Of a DNA stretch of 64,000 nucleotides, positions 11,670-23,358 are shown in pieces. Position 1 is the stretch's first letter. Each line of letters starts with the position of its first letter. This DNA is from Eledone cirrhosa (taxonomy: Eukaryota), in contig CAXHJY010000144.1 in assembly GCA_964016885.1 (NCBI GenBank), positions 1-64,000 on the forward strand, written 5' to 3'. Below the pieces are notes generated by a model, which saw nothing but the letters and a program-made list of their open reading frames with translations, was not told the DNA's origin and did not search any database. Made by a program: the position numbers and the translations under genes.

Positions 11670-13678
11670 AAAGGAAGCGGAGGATAGACAATTCAAGCAT
11701 GTTTTGCAGCATGAGGACCAGAAACAGGAGGTGTTCAGAATTGCGAGGCAGTGTGTTAGAGAGAATTGTGATGTCATTGGAGAGAAGTGTGTCTGGAATA
11801 ATAAAAGTGAGCTTGCCCTTCTAAGTGCTGAGAAGAAAGCTGCGTGGAAGAGCCATTATGAAAGATTGCTAAATGAGGAAAATGCATGGAAGAAAGAGAC
11901 CCTACCCCAAGTGGACCCTATAGAGGGGCCAGCAATACAAGTCAGCAGCAGCGGAGTAAGTAAGGCAATTAAAGATGTGAAGATTGGGAAGGCAACCAGT
12001 CCATTGGCTATAGCTGCCAACATGCTGAAAGCATCTGGGTCAGTAGGTCACACCATAACCACACGTATTGTTAACCAGGTAATACTAGAGGGTGTTATAC
12101 CAAAGGATTGGTGCAGCAGCATCATTGTCAACTGCTACAAGGGTAAAGGTGATGCACTAGATAGAGGAAACTATAGAGGTATAAAGCTGATGGACCAGGT
12201 CATGAAAGTAATGGAAAGAGTTATAGCACAGTTGATTAGGGACCGGGTAAAACTAGATGAGAGGCAATTTGGGTTTGTGCCGGGAAAAGGCACCACTGAT
12301 ACCCTCTTCCTTGTGAGGCAGTTACAGGAAAAGTACCTAGCTAAAAGTAAGCCACTCTACCTGGCATTTGTCAATCTGGAAAAACCTTCAACAGAGTGCC
12401 CCGTGCTATAATCTAGTGGGCTCTTAGAAAACTAGGAGTAGATGAATAGCTTGTGAAAACTGTGCAAGCCATGTATAAAGGAGCAGTCAGAAAATTTAGG
12501 GTTAGCAATGGCTATAGTGAGGAATTTAGCATACAGGTCGGTGTCCACCAGGGCTCTGTTCTTAGCCCTGTCCTGTTCATTATAGTATTGCAGGCAATAA
12601 CAGAGGAGTTTAAGACCGGATGCCCATGGGAATGATATCACACTTATAACTGAATCTATGATGGAACTAGAGAAGAAATTTCAAACATGGAAGCAGGGTC
12701 TAGAAAGAAAGGGACTCAAAGTCAACCTGACAAAGACTAAGGTCCTCATAAGTAGACAAGAAAACAGAAATCAGATCCCCTCCGGGAAATGGCCTTGCTC
12801 AGTATGTAGGAAAGGTGTAGGTAGGAACTCCATCCTCTGCCCCAAATGCAAACAATAGGTACACAAGAGATGTAGTGGGATCTCAGGAAGCTTAGCTAAA
12901 AATGTAGGCTTTACATGTAGCAGTTGCGCCGGGACAGCAAGCAGCAAACGGCCACAGGAAACAAGCACCACCAAACTCTGGGAGGGCTCTGTAGAAACAG
13001 TAGACAGCTTCTGCTACTGCTACCTAGGTGACTGAATTAACAGTGGAGGTGAGTGTTCGGAAAGTACAGTAACCAGGGTAAAATGGGGTGGAAGAAGTGA
13101 AGGGAGCTACTGTCACTGCTAGCGGCAAAAGGCTTTTCCCTCAAAATGAAAGGCAGACTGTATGATGCGTGCATACGAACAGCAATGCTACATGGTAGTG
13201 AGACCTGGGTGCTGTCTGTGGAAGACTTGCACAGATTAGAAAGAAACGAAGCTTGCATGCTTCGATGGATGTGTAATAGTAATATACGCGAACGGCAAAG
13301 CATAAACGAATTGAGAGAGAGACTGAGCATAAGAGGAATCAAATGGTGTGTGCAGGAGAGGAGGTTGCTTTGGTATGGACATGTGATGCATATGAAGGAT
13401 GACAGCTGCATAAAAAGGTGTAGAGCAGTAGAAGTCGATGGAAGCCGTGGAGTGGGGAGACCCAAGAAGACCTGGGATGAGGTGATAAAAGCCAACCTTA
13501 CCCAATTGCACCTCTCAAAGGCGATAAAACATGACCATGACCTCTGGCGTCATGCAGTTATACAGAAGACCCAACTTCCCACGGTATAAGCCGAAACTGA
13601 AGCATATAAACAATATGCTCCCATCTAACCCATGCTAGCGTGGAAGAACGGACGTAAAACGGTGATCATGATGATGAT
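11670..13678 (+). mobile_element. Degenerate RTE-type LINE, head-to-head with the previous copy
   Basis: RT ORF pieces 11704-12411, 12453-12858 and 13146-13589. Tail gatgatgat. Confidence 0.9.
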
Positions 13679-13829
13679 ATCTTTCTTTTATTTTAAGCTG
13701 TAAATTATAATCAATGTGGTGTGTTAACTGGCTTACCAATGTATACAGTGAATTTATTTGCCCTAGGTCTCAGGAAGATACTCGGCATATAACAGAAACA
13801 ATACGGAAGGAAAAGAAAAAACAGTAACA

Positions 13830-15330
13830 ATAATAATAATGATTTCTTTATTAACCACAAGGGTTGACATAAAGTATAACATTAAGGACAGCACAGTATG
13901 GTACAGAACGTTACAAATGGGCATTTCTGCGGGTAAAGAAAAAAACAATAACAAAGTAAATAACAAAAAAAAGAAACAAAGGAAAATTCCCCAATAGAGG
14001 GGAGACTTCCGAGGGTCACTCGTGTTGAAAACCCATTAAAAAGCCATGGTGACCCTGACCACCAGGTCAAGTGCCCTCTCCCAGTTTTCCACTGCCAATC
14101 TACAGGTGCATACTCAGAGCAGGCCCATGCACTCAGGCCATGCTTGCCTCTCTCATCCATCGTTCAACAAATTGCTGGGAACTTCCCTCTCCAACCTGAT
14201 TTTCCTTTTCAAATGAAATTTGAAAAAGTTAATCAGGGTATCAAGAGGTAAGTGCTCATCTTCAGCCCTTTCAAATGCATCCACTACACAACCGCTTTCG
14301 CCATGGCCACCAGGCAGATAAAAACTGCCTGCCCTTCCCGGCTAAAGGAAGGTGGTGAGAAAATCCTCATGATGGAATCAGCTGATAGCCAGATCCGATA
14401 TAAACCCACAAGTCAGCAATGCTCAGACACTGGACGAGTATGTGCAAGACGGTTTCATCGCTCTGCATGCATCTTGGACAGGCCCAGCTGATGGCACTTC
14501 CATGCCTGTAGAGTTTATCCCAAACTGGCAAGGTTCCTCTGTAGCACTGCCAGGCAGGGGATTTCTGGAAGTTGTCCATGGTTCCCGGCCTGAAAGTTCT
14601 CCCAAAGAGATTAGCTAGAATCTCCTCAGAATCTCCCCAAGGACGTCGTCGTTCTTTCCCTCCATTAACCTTCTATAGAACGCCAAAGTGGAGTTTCCAC
14701 CGATTACATTGCCCAATTGGTTGAGGACTGTGAGAGCCTAAAGACATTCCAATCTCCAAGCGCTCACACTCAGTCTTCACTTGACCCAGGACTGCAGCTC
14801 CGTCAAGAAGACGAGCTGGGGGAAAACACGTCTAGCAAATGGCAACCACACCTGTTCACCGTCGAAGAAGTGCATGTCTGCACATTATTAGCCACGACAT
14901 GCCCAGCCCTCCATGTAGCGGGTGTTGACAGCAGATGGGCCATCCAACAACAGTGGACCATCCTTCTACCAGCAGTGGGCCATTCTATAACAATGCACCA
15001 TCCTTCTACCAGCAGAAATATAGTCAAGACAGTTATTATTTTTGTGAAATTTGTGAAAATATTTTCAAGAAAATGATTTACAGGCAGACACAAACCATTA
15101 CACATCAAAAAGACACTGTGCTGGTGTTAAATATCTGGGAATACATTCTCCAGATATGTTGGAAAACCATACAGCAGTGAGATGTATGTGAAAAAGTAGG
15201 ATAAAATGTAAATGTGAGCATCAGAAACAGACAGTCACCAAAGGCACATCTACCCCCAGTGAGTTTTGTATGTATATCTTGTCTTAACATATTCAAATAC
15301 ATACAGGGGAAAACCATTCATCCATAGAAG
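13830..15330 (-). mobile_element. Degenerate L1/Tx1-type LINE 3' part
   Basis: C-terminal zinc knuckle CPRC...ETVLHILVQC (14367-14579). AATAAA followed by an (ATT)n tail at ~13830-13855. Confidence 0.75.
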
Positions 15331-15719
15331 TTGTGCTGCCAACTGACAATTAGGGTTAATTTCTTAACTTTATTAATCAGAAGAATGGGAGAGGGTTTTG
15401 TTCCTCAAATTATATATCAGTTGCAAACTCTATGACTAAAATTGTAAATCAATGAAACACAATCCTACTGTGTTTTGTATTAATACTCTGCCCTTCTTCA
15501 TGGTGGCTATTTACAGTTAAGTGGAGCGGATCAGTGAGTGTTGCTCGACTTTGGACACAATGCATTGCTGGTGAGACATTATAAACCTCAGACTCTTTGG
15601 AAGAGTATTAATTCACCAAGGGGTCAGTTACTGCAACTACTGACATTCAAAATGCACCAATAAGAATGCATCTTGTCACCAGAAGTTTTTTAAGCTTTCC
15701 ATTTCTATAGATAGAATAT

Positions 15720-15990
15720 TTCAATGTGAAATATCAGAGATCAAATATTCTAATGCGAAAAATCAAAGCTCAAATAGTCTAATGTAACAGATTAATGATT
15801 AAGTATTTTAATGTGAAAGCTTAATGATCAAGTATCTTAATAGGAAAGATTAAGGATAAAATATTTAAATATTTGAATGTGAAAGATCAATGGTTGAGTA
15901 TTCTAATGTAAAAGACTAAACATCAAATATTCTAATGTGAAAATATCAAGGATCAAGTATTTGAATGCGAAATATCGATTCAAGGGCAAA
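15720..15990. repeat. Degenerate ~30-bp tandem repeat
   Basis: Recurrent aatgtgaaa...gatcaa.tatt.t units. Confidence 0.65.
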
Positions 15991-16409
15991 ATTTGAAATT
16001 AAATATTATCAAAGTGTTTTATTTTAACAATAAGAGTTTCACAAAAATAAATAATAACAATATTAACATCACATTCAGTGAAATACAGTCAACTGCTTGG
16101 TAATTTTAGATAAGTATCCATCAATGGGAGTTTAGCAGTATTAACTTTTTTCATAAAATCTAAAACTAATTACTGACAGATAAATTGAGATATATGAAAA
16201 ATAGATTTCCCGCCAAAATCTTGTTGAGTAAACTATTTAATAATACAATAACAAAATAAACATGATGAATAACCTCAGATTTTGGTCTATTCTCAGCTTT
16301 AGAAAGTCATGAGGTTAAAAAGCTTGCTTTGCAATCACAAGTAAATAACAGCAGTTAATGTAGTTAATGACTATGAGTGAATAAATCCGGAAAATGAGAT
16401 TGTAAAAGA

Positions 16410-16597
16410 ATAAATAAAAGAAAAAGAGAGGTTATATGTCTTAATCCGTATGGTGAGCAAATGGGGTCCCATGTGCTAGCCTCCCCACAGCCCCGGCGGA
16501 CAGAATGGAGAAGGCGTTTCCCCGGAGGACGGCAAGGGAGACGTGCTAGAAGAACCATTCCAACTCGCGAGGCTCACACCTGTGGCTGGCCTGGGAC
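16410..16597 (-). mobile_element. CRE-like LINE 3' remnant
   Basis: Translates HVSLAVLRGNAFSIL. Shares atggg.ccccatttgctca with ~20198-20216. Confidence 0.6.
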
Positions 16598-16782
16598 ACA
16601 CCAGTCACTTGATTATCTTTAGCAGAATCCACTCTCTTGCAAGCATTCAGACCAGGTCTGTGGTTTGAGGATACCTTCTTTTCGCCTGTGGCACACCAGT
16701 CACTTGATTATCTTTAGCAGAATCCACTCTCTTGCAAGCATTCAGACCAGGTCTGTGGTTTGAGGATACCTTCTTTTCGCCT
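16597..16782. repeat. 95-bp tandem duplication
   Basis: cacaccagtcacttgattatc...ttcgcct at 16597 and 16692. Confidence 0.9.
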
Positions 16783-17390
16783 TTCTACCAGCTTTGGAGG
16801 ACCTGAAAGATATTCTGGCCACTGCCATTCTTCTTAACTGAATGAGAAAAAAATGCTACATCCAAGTGCAGAAGTTAAGCAGTATTAAAACTCAGTTAAT
16901 ACTTAGCAAGGTGCTTATTTTGGAAAACCAGGTGTCACCATTTACTCAGCAGAGATTGAGTCAGCTCTAACCAATGAATGCACAGCATTGTGAAAAGAAG
17001 CTGATCATGCACGATTATAAACATCTAATGTGGAAATTGTCAACCAGATGTGATTCCAATGACACACAACATGTGGTCAGGACCAGATATCAATTCAAGA
17101 GCTGACCTGGTAATACCAATCCATGTTTTCGCCTGACCAGCTTTTGGGAGAGGCTCAGGCACAAATGAGTCTGCCTCATAGATGGCAGTGCGCAATAAAA
17201 GCATGCACAGGCAGAAGTTGGAACATTAACCCAGAAGTTTATTAAAATATTTCAGTTTTATTGGGGTTTTTTAATGTCCAAGAAACAGAATAACTCTTGC
17301 TTCCACAACACTAAAAACAATCAACAATAAAGTACTATTCTTATATTGTGCAAATAAAATATTTAATAATATTTTTTATAAAAGATGAAA

Positions 17391-19596
17391 TCTACTATAT
17401 AAATGGCAATTTCTGAATGTCTGTGTATTTAGCGCCTACACCAGTGATCTGATCATGATGAAACTTTACACACATGTTAAGCTAATATTCAGAAACAGGA
17501 CTGGCTAATTGGATTTCAATAAAAATTAATAATGGAAGCCCTGGGGACATCTTTACAATGGAGGAGAAAAGAGAAGACGTTTCAGTGAGAGAAGGGGAAG
17601 AGGAGATACTACTACTCTATGTTAAACCCTCCCTCTCACTACTCCCCTTCCTCCTCCCACAACTCAGTCCTCCAAAACGAGGCAACAACTTATTTGTTTT
17701 TTTGTTCTTCATTCTGTAGAGAAATAGAGAGAGGGGATAAGAGAGAAAGAGAGGGGATGAGAGAAAGAGGATAAGAGAGAGGGGAATGAGATAGAGAGAG
17801 GGGGATTAGGGAAAGAGAGAAAGAAAACAAAAAAATGATAACTAATTTTTATTTATTTATTTTTTAAACACTTCTTAACTCACCCCTTTCTTAACGTTAC
17901 TTCTCTTTCTCTCTCTCTTTCACAAAAGTCGTAATGGGACTCTGTGTGTATGTGAACATATGTATGTGCATGCGCACATATGTCGGCGTTCTCAAATTAG
18001 AGACAAGTGTGTGTGTGTGTTTATCACCGTACTTAAGTTAGAGACATATATCTTTGTTTGTAATATATATATATATATATCATTAACTTTAGAGAGAGGA
18101 AAAAGTTGAAGAAAGTCTACACACACACATATAATCTAACCTAAGAACGGTGACACAAATATAACAATATGTGTTCCAACACATAATTGCATATCAAAAC
18201 CCTCGCAAAACAAATACATTTATTTTCCCAGGGTTTGTTTGTAATATGTATATATCGTTAACTTTAGAGAGAGGAAAAGTTGAAGAATGTCTCTCTCTAA
18301 AGTTAACGATATATACATATTACAAACAAACCCTGGGAAAATCCATGTTTTTTTGTTTTGCGAGGGTTTTGATATGCAATTATGTGTTGAAACACATATT
18401 GTTATATTTGGGGAGAGTCATGTAGTCCAAAATAATAATAAAACACACCCAATGTTTGGTTGGTTTTCACTTTAGTTTAGTATATCTACATATTTTTATA
18501 AATAACTTAGCTGGCACCAAAAAACAAAAAACGTTATAGAAACACAATGGAAGGAAATCACTGGGGATGTCACAGAAAAAATGTATGTGACAAAGGAATT
18601 TTGAGAAATTATATCTATATTTATAAGTTTAACGGTTGATCAATCAATGATATACATTGCCAACTAAATTATTATTTTGGTAATATTAGGACATGACTCT
18701 ACTCAAATATAACAATACCTGTAAAAATCATATTGTCAGATAAATCTGTGCATTATTTTTCCAATATTATTTGACTTAGAGCTGACCCTAGACAATCGAT
18801 GGGTAGTCCCACAAAACTAAATGTTGTGTCAACTTCTAAGAGCTCATATCAATGTTGAGTAGTGCAGCTCTATCAAAGCAATACTATATATCACAAAATA
18901 TATCAACAAGGGCAGTGACATGGCTACTTTTGTTAGTGACAAGAACTCAATGATGGTGGGCTGGTTGAAGTCAAACAGTATCAGACAGATTGATACATCT
19001 CCAGCAATGAATCTATCTGGCGGATCTTTGGATTTGATATCCACCAACACCATCCAACAGTGGTCAACCTCGCAGTCCATCTAGAAAATGGACAGAGAGT
19101 GTATTTCACTGAGAACACTGCTCATCTGTTGACACATGCACCACCTGCTAGAAGTTGCAACCATGTCAGGAAAATTTGCTGGTGACAATTGTTTCATTCC
19201 CAGAATACCTCTGAAGGCAACTGATATACTATTTGAATTTCAAAGACTTCAATTTCCTATCAGACTCAGTTTTGCCATGACCATCAATAAATCTCAAAGG
19301 CTATCATTGAAAGTCGTTAGGTTGAACCTGGCAGATCCTGTCTTTTCACATGGTCGACTATGTTGGTGCAATGGTTGGAAACCCTGATTGTCTCATCATT
19401 GTAGCACCACAGGGCAAAACCAAGAATGCTGTTTATCCAGAGGCTTTGGAATGAGCAATATTGTAATTCCTCCTTCAATGACAATAGATACTAATTCCTT
19501 ATCCATATAGTTTGTAAGGAATTCTGAACTTGCAACTTTACTGCATAGTGTTACTTTGGAAGAACATACAGACATTCCTGGGTATCTCTGCTATGT
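17391..19596 (+). mobile_element. Non-autonomous Helitron
   Basis: 5' TCTACTATATAAA start. RepHel remnants (HPTVVNLAVHLENGQRVYF; FIPRIPL...FQRLQFPIRLSFAMTINKSQ...KTKNAVYPEAL). Decayed 3' end near 19575-19596. Confidence 0.72.
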
Positions 19597-19954
19597 ACAG
19601 TAGTATAAGTGAGATCTTTTTATGGTAGCAAGCTCGACCTGTTTGAAATAGCAGCCAAATTTCTTTCAAAGCTCAGTCTACTGTCTCATGTATGTATATA
19701 TGTATGAAGCAAAAAGGAAAGGTTGTATGTGACACCTCGATCTAGAAATATTAACAAAATCCATTTCAAATCACAGCGAACAGTCTTAGACACACAAACA
19801 CACACACACATGCATACATGTTTGTGTATGTATGTATGTCACTATAACTGTTGGTGTACCTAAAAGAAATAGAAAACAAATCTCCCTCAAAGAAGATCCT
19901 ACTGCCATAGAAGTAAAGGTTGGTGAAAGCTACAGTGTAAAAATTTTAATTAAC

Positions 19955-20220
19955 CCAGGCTCTGCCGTACTTTGGTCCAAGGAGGGTAAACTCTCCAAAT
20001 ATCGGTCGCTCTCCGAGAGGTTTGTTGTTGAGCCCATAGCAATGGAGACTTCTGGTCTCCTTGGCTCTAGGGCTACCTCTCAACTCACCACCATCAGCTA
20101 CCTGCAGGGGTGAGCCTCGCAAGCCGGAATGGATATTCCAGCGCGTCTCCTTCACCATCCTCTATTCCGACCAGCGGGGCTGCTGGGCTGCCAGCACATG
20201 GGGCCCCATTTGCTCATAAT
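19955..20220 (+). mobile_element. CRE-like LINE restriction-like endonuclease remnant
   Basis: KLSKYRSLSERFVVEPIAMETSGLLG...EPR...WIFQRVSF. Confidence 0.65.
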
Positions 20221-20858
20221 AGTGAGTGATGGGGGAGATCGGGAGAGACGGAGGCAGTGATAGTGGGGATTTGGTTCCTGGTGTATATGTATATATTTAC
20301 CACCACACATTTAAATAAACTTTCCTGAATTACAGACATGAGTAAGTAAATTCTTCATTCATTCATAAACCAATGTTAAATTTATTTTTTTATTTTATTT
20401 TATTTTATTTTATTTTATTTTATTTTATTTTATTTTATTTTATCTTATTTTATTTATGCTTTTTAAAATAGCCTTCACATTTTGTTTGAATTTCAGAGGT
20501 TCTGATTGTGTAAAAAAAAAGAATAAATAAAATCTAAATTTATTTTTTTGGTCATGCCCTTTTCACTGACAGCATACCTAATGATTCTTCCAAGTGCGAA
20601 GCATTATATATGTTGACTGTAATAGGGAACAGTATTTTAAAAAATCGCCACTGGACAAAACTAATAATATTTTTTTCTACATGATTTGCTTTAAACAAAT
20701 GGCAATAAATATTCTGCTATAATTCCTACTTTAGTTAAAATTCAGCAATCATATTTCAATAGTCAAATATTGTAACTTTAATAAAATACCCAGGAATCAC
20801 AGGGTACCTTAGCTAGTCTTTCATTATCTTTTGGGCCTTTGATTCTTCTTATCCTCAC

Positions 20859-21269
20859 TCAATCTTTATATCTTTTACATAGCAGCTCAGCTGTCTTACC
20901 CGACTCAATTTGTTTATGATTTTCTTCATCCGTTTGCATTTTATAGTTTTCATCAGCAAATTCCAGATTAATGGCCATATTTTCATTGAGTTGATACAAA
21001 CTTTTAAGTAGAGTATCAAATGTTGATTTTGCTGTTTTGGGATCATGCAAAAGGCAGTATATTTTAAGAAAGAAATCCTTCTTATATATTTCTTCTTCCT
21101 TTTTATTTTTTTCTCTCAAACAGTCAGCATCATTGAATAAATCCTTCTCTTTGAACATCATGGCAATATAATCAATTTGGCCATCAGAAAGATCCTTAAG
21201 GTTTGTATTGAGAAATTTATTAAGATAATTGATGGAATTTCCAGGTTTATTGCTATTTTTAGTATCCAT
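20859..21269 (-). CDS. Probable host coding exon, helical protein (possibly death-fold-like)
   Basis: 136-aa non-repetitive ORF directly behind a strong acceptor (polypyrimidine tract, ttttttag|gaacc) with accATGG context. GTGAG donor-like site immediately after the stop. Confidence 0.5.
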   Translation of the reverse strand: MDTKNSNKPGNSINYLNKFLNTNLKDLSDGQIDYIAMMFKEKDLFNDADCLREKNKKEEEIYKKDFFLKIYCLLHDPKTAKSTFDTLLKSLYQLNENMAINLEFADENYKMQTDEENHKQIESGKTAELLCKRYKD

Positions 21270-22713
21270 GGTTCCTAAAAAACAAACAAAAGGAAAAGAT
21301 AAATGTTTTTAATGTTGTTATGAAGCTGTTGTTGTTTAACCCCAGATCAACCCTAATGAAGCAAACCTAGACCAAATGTATTCTAGCTATGACCATGTCA
21401 TCTGTTTTTGTATACATAATACTATAAAGTGGTAGATGATAGGAAGAACATCCAGCCATAGAAAATTTGTGAAACAAAGGGTTGGGAGGACCCTGCAGTT
21501 GTGTCAAAGACAACCTCCCTAGTGCTGGACTACAATAAAATGCACCCAGTGTTCTCTCTAGAATGTAGGAACATATATAAACGATGAAAGTGATTCCCCA
21601 TCCCTAGATTTAATTAAGTAGTAATTTGATCAATGACAACCTGCCAAACTTCAACTAGCAAAGAAAATGAGTGTTTAATAATTAATATGTCCAATCAGAC
21701 CTTTATTTTTTAAGACAATAGGTTGAAATTTCAAAGTTATTTCAGTTCTATTTCTAGCAGGTCAAGCAATTGTTGTGATGTTGATATTGTGATGTCAATA
21801 GTGGTGGTGAATTCTATTGATGAATGCCCTTCCTGTCACAAACATTTATTTGTTTCTTATGTAAGGTTTGGATCTTTGTTTACATGGAACACAAACAAAT
21901 GTCACTGCATACAGTATCAAATACTAAGACAAACACACATGCACATATATACACATGTACACAGGCACACACACATATATAATATATATACATAAATATA
22001 TGTATATTATATATATATGTGATATATATATATATATATCATATATATATATCATATATATTTATATATATGATATTATGATATATATATATGATATATA
22101 TAGCATATATATTTATATATATGATATACATATATATCATATATATTTATATATGATATTATGATATATATATATATATATATATATATGAAAAAATGGG
22201 GAGAAGAATACTGCAGGTTGCACATGGATAACATGTAATAAAATGAGTCCCTCATCAGTGATTTGCCGACGATCATAGATATTTCATTGCATTAAAAATC
22301 ATATACCTCACGTCGGTGCAATAATAACTAAATTAAGTTATTAGGACAATTAAAACGCGTAAAGCGAATGAGACAAGTAAACAACGAAGAGGAGAGTTAA
22401 CCGTAGAGAGGAAGGGAACAAGCTACATAGTTATTCTGTTAGCATAAGCTAGGTGAATATATGAGCGCTTAGAAAAAAGACCTTTCGAGATGAATCCAAA
22501 TGTGAGAAAGAGAGAAAATGTTTTCGTCGCGAACGGGGTGAAGTGAGAAGGGGAGAAACAGTGAGTGAGTGGAAGTGTGAGGAAGAGTTAACTGACATGA
22601 CAGAGGGGGCGAAAGAAAGTAGGAGAAACAAGAGAGAACGAGGGAGCAGTAAGAGAGAGAGAGAGAAAAAGACAGAATCGCAGTTTAGGTGAATATATAT
22701 ATATATATTTTCC

Positions 22714-22770
<57 letters not shown>

Positions 22771-22775
<5 letters not shown>

Positions 22776-23112
22776 GGTCATTTTGGAAGCGTCAACAATG
22801 CAGATGGGTAAATCTCCGGGTAACAGAATTGGGTGGTAATGAGAGAGATGTGAGAGGAAATGTAGAATGAGATGTATAGGGTGGAGAGGAATGTAGGAAA
22901 GAGTGTAAAAATAATAACACGAGATAGAGTTACCTTGGAAGTGATTTAATTGTCCCTATATTTCAGATTTCGCATGTTGTCCCACTCTGTTGTCCCACTC
23001 TGACTAAAAACTTTTCCCCTCGGAGAACCTGCAGTCTCTCTCATTACCACCTGATTCTGATACCCGGAGATTTACCCATCTGCATTGTTGAGGCTTCCAA
23101 AATGACCAATTT
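22771..23112. repeat. Inverted repeat, ~77-bp arms and ~190-bp spacer, between (TA)n tracts
   Basis: 22771-22848 is the reverse complement of 23036-23112 with few mismatches. Confidence 0.85.
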
Positions 23113-23150
23113 TATTATTCCACAGTGCTTCAAGCAAACTTCAACACTCT

Positions 23151-23215
<65 letters not shown>

Positions 23216-23358
23216 TATATATATATATATATATCACATACATTAATATATATGATATTAATTATTATGTTATATGATATTATGATATGTATATATATAT
23301 ATATGACATATATAGAACATATATGTCATATATATTTCTATATATGATATTATGATAT

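Noticed and set aside
22225-22300. Minus-strand GAAA...CTGATGA arrangement (type II hammerhead?)
   Set aside because: Stem I (tgat/atca) is short and no stem II pairing closes the junction.
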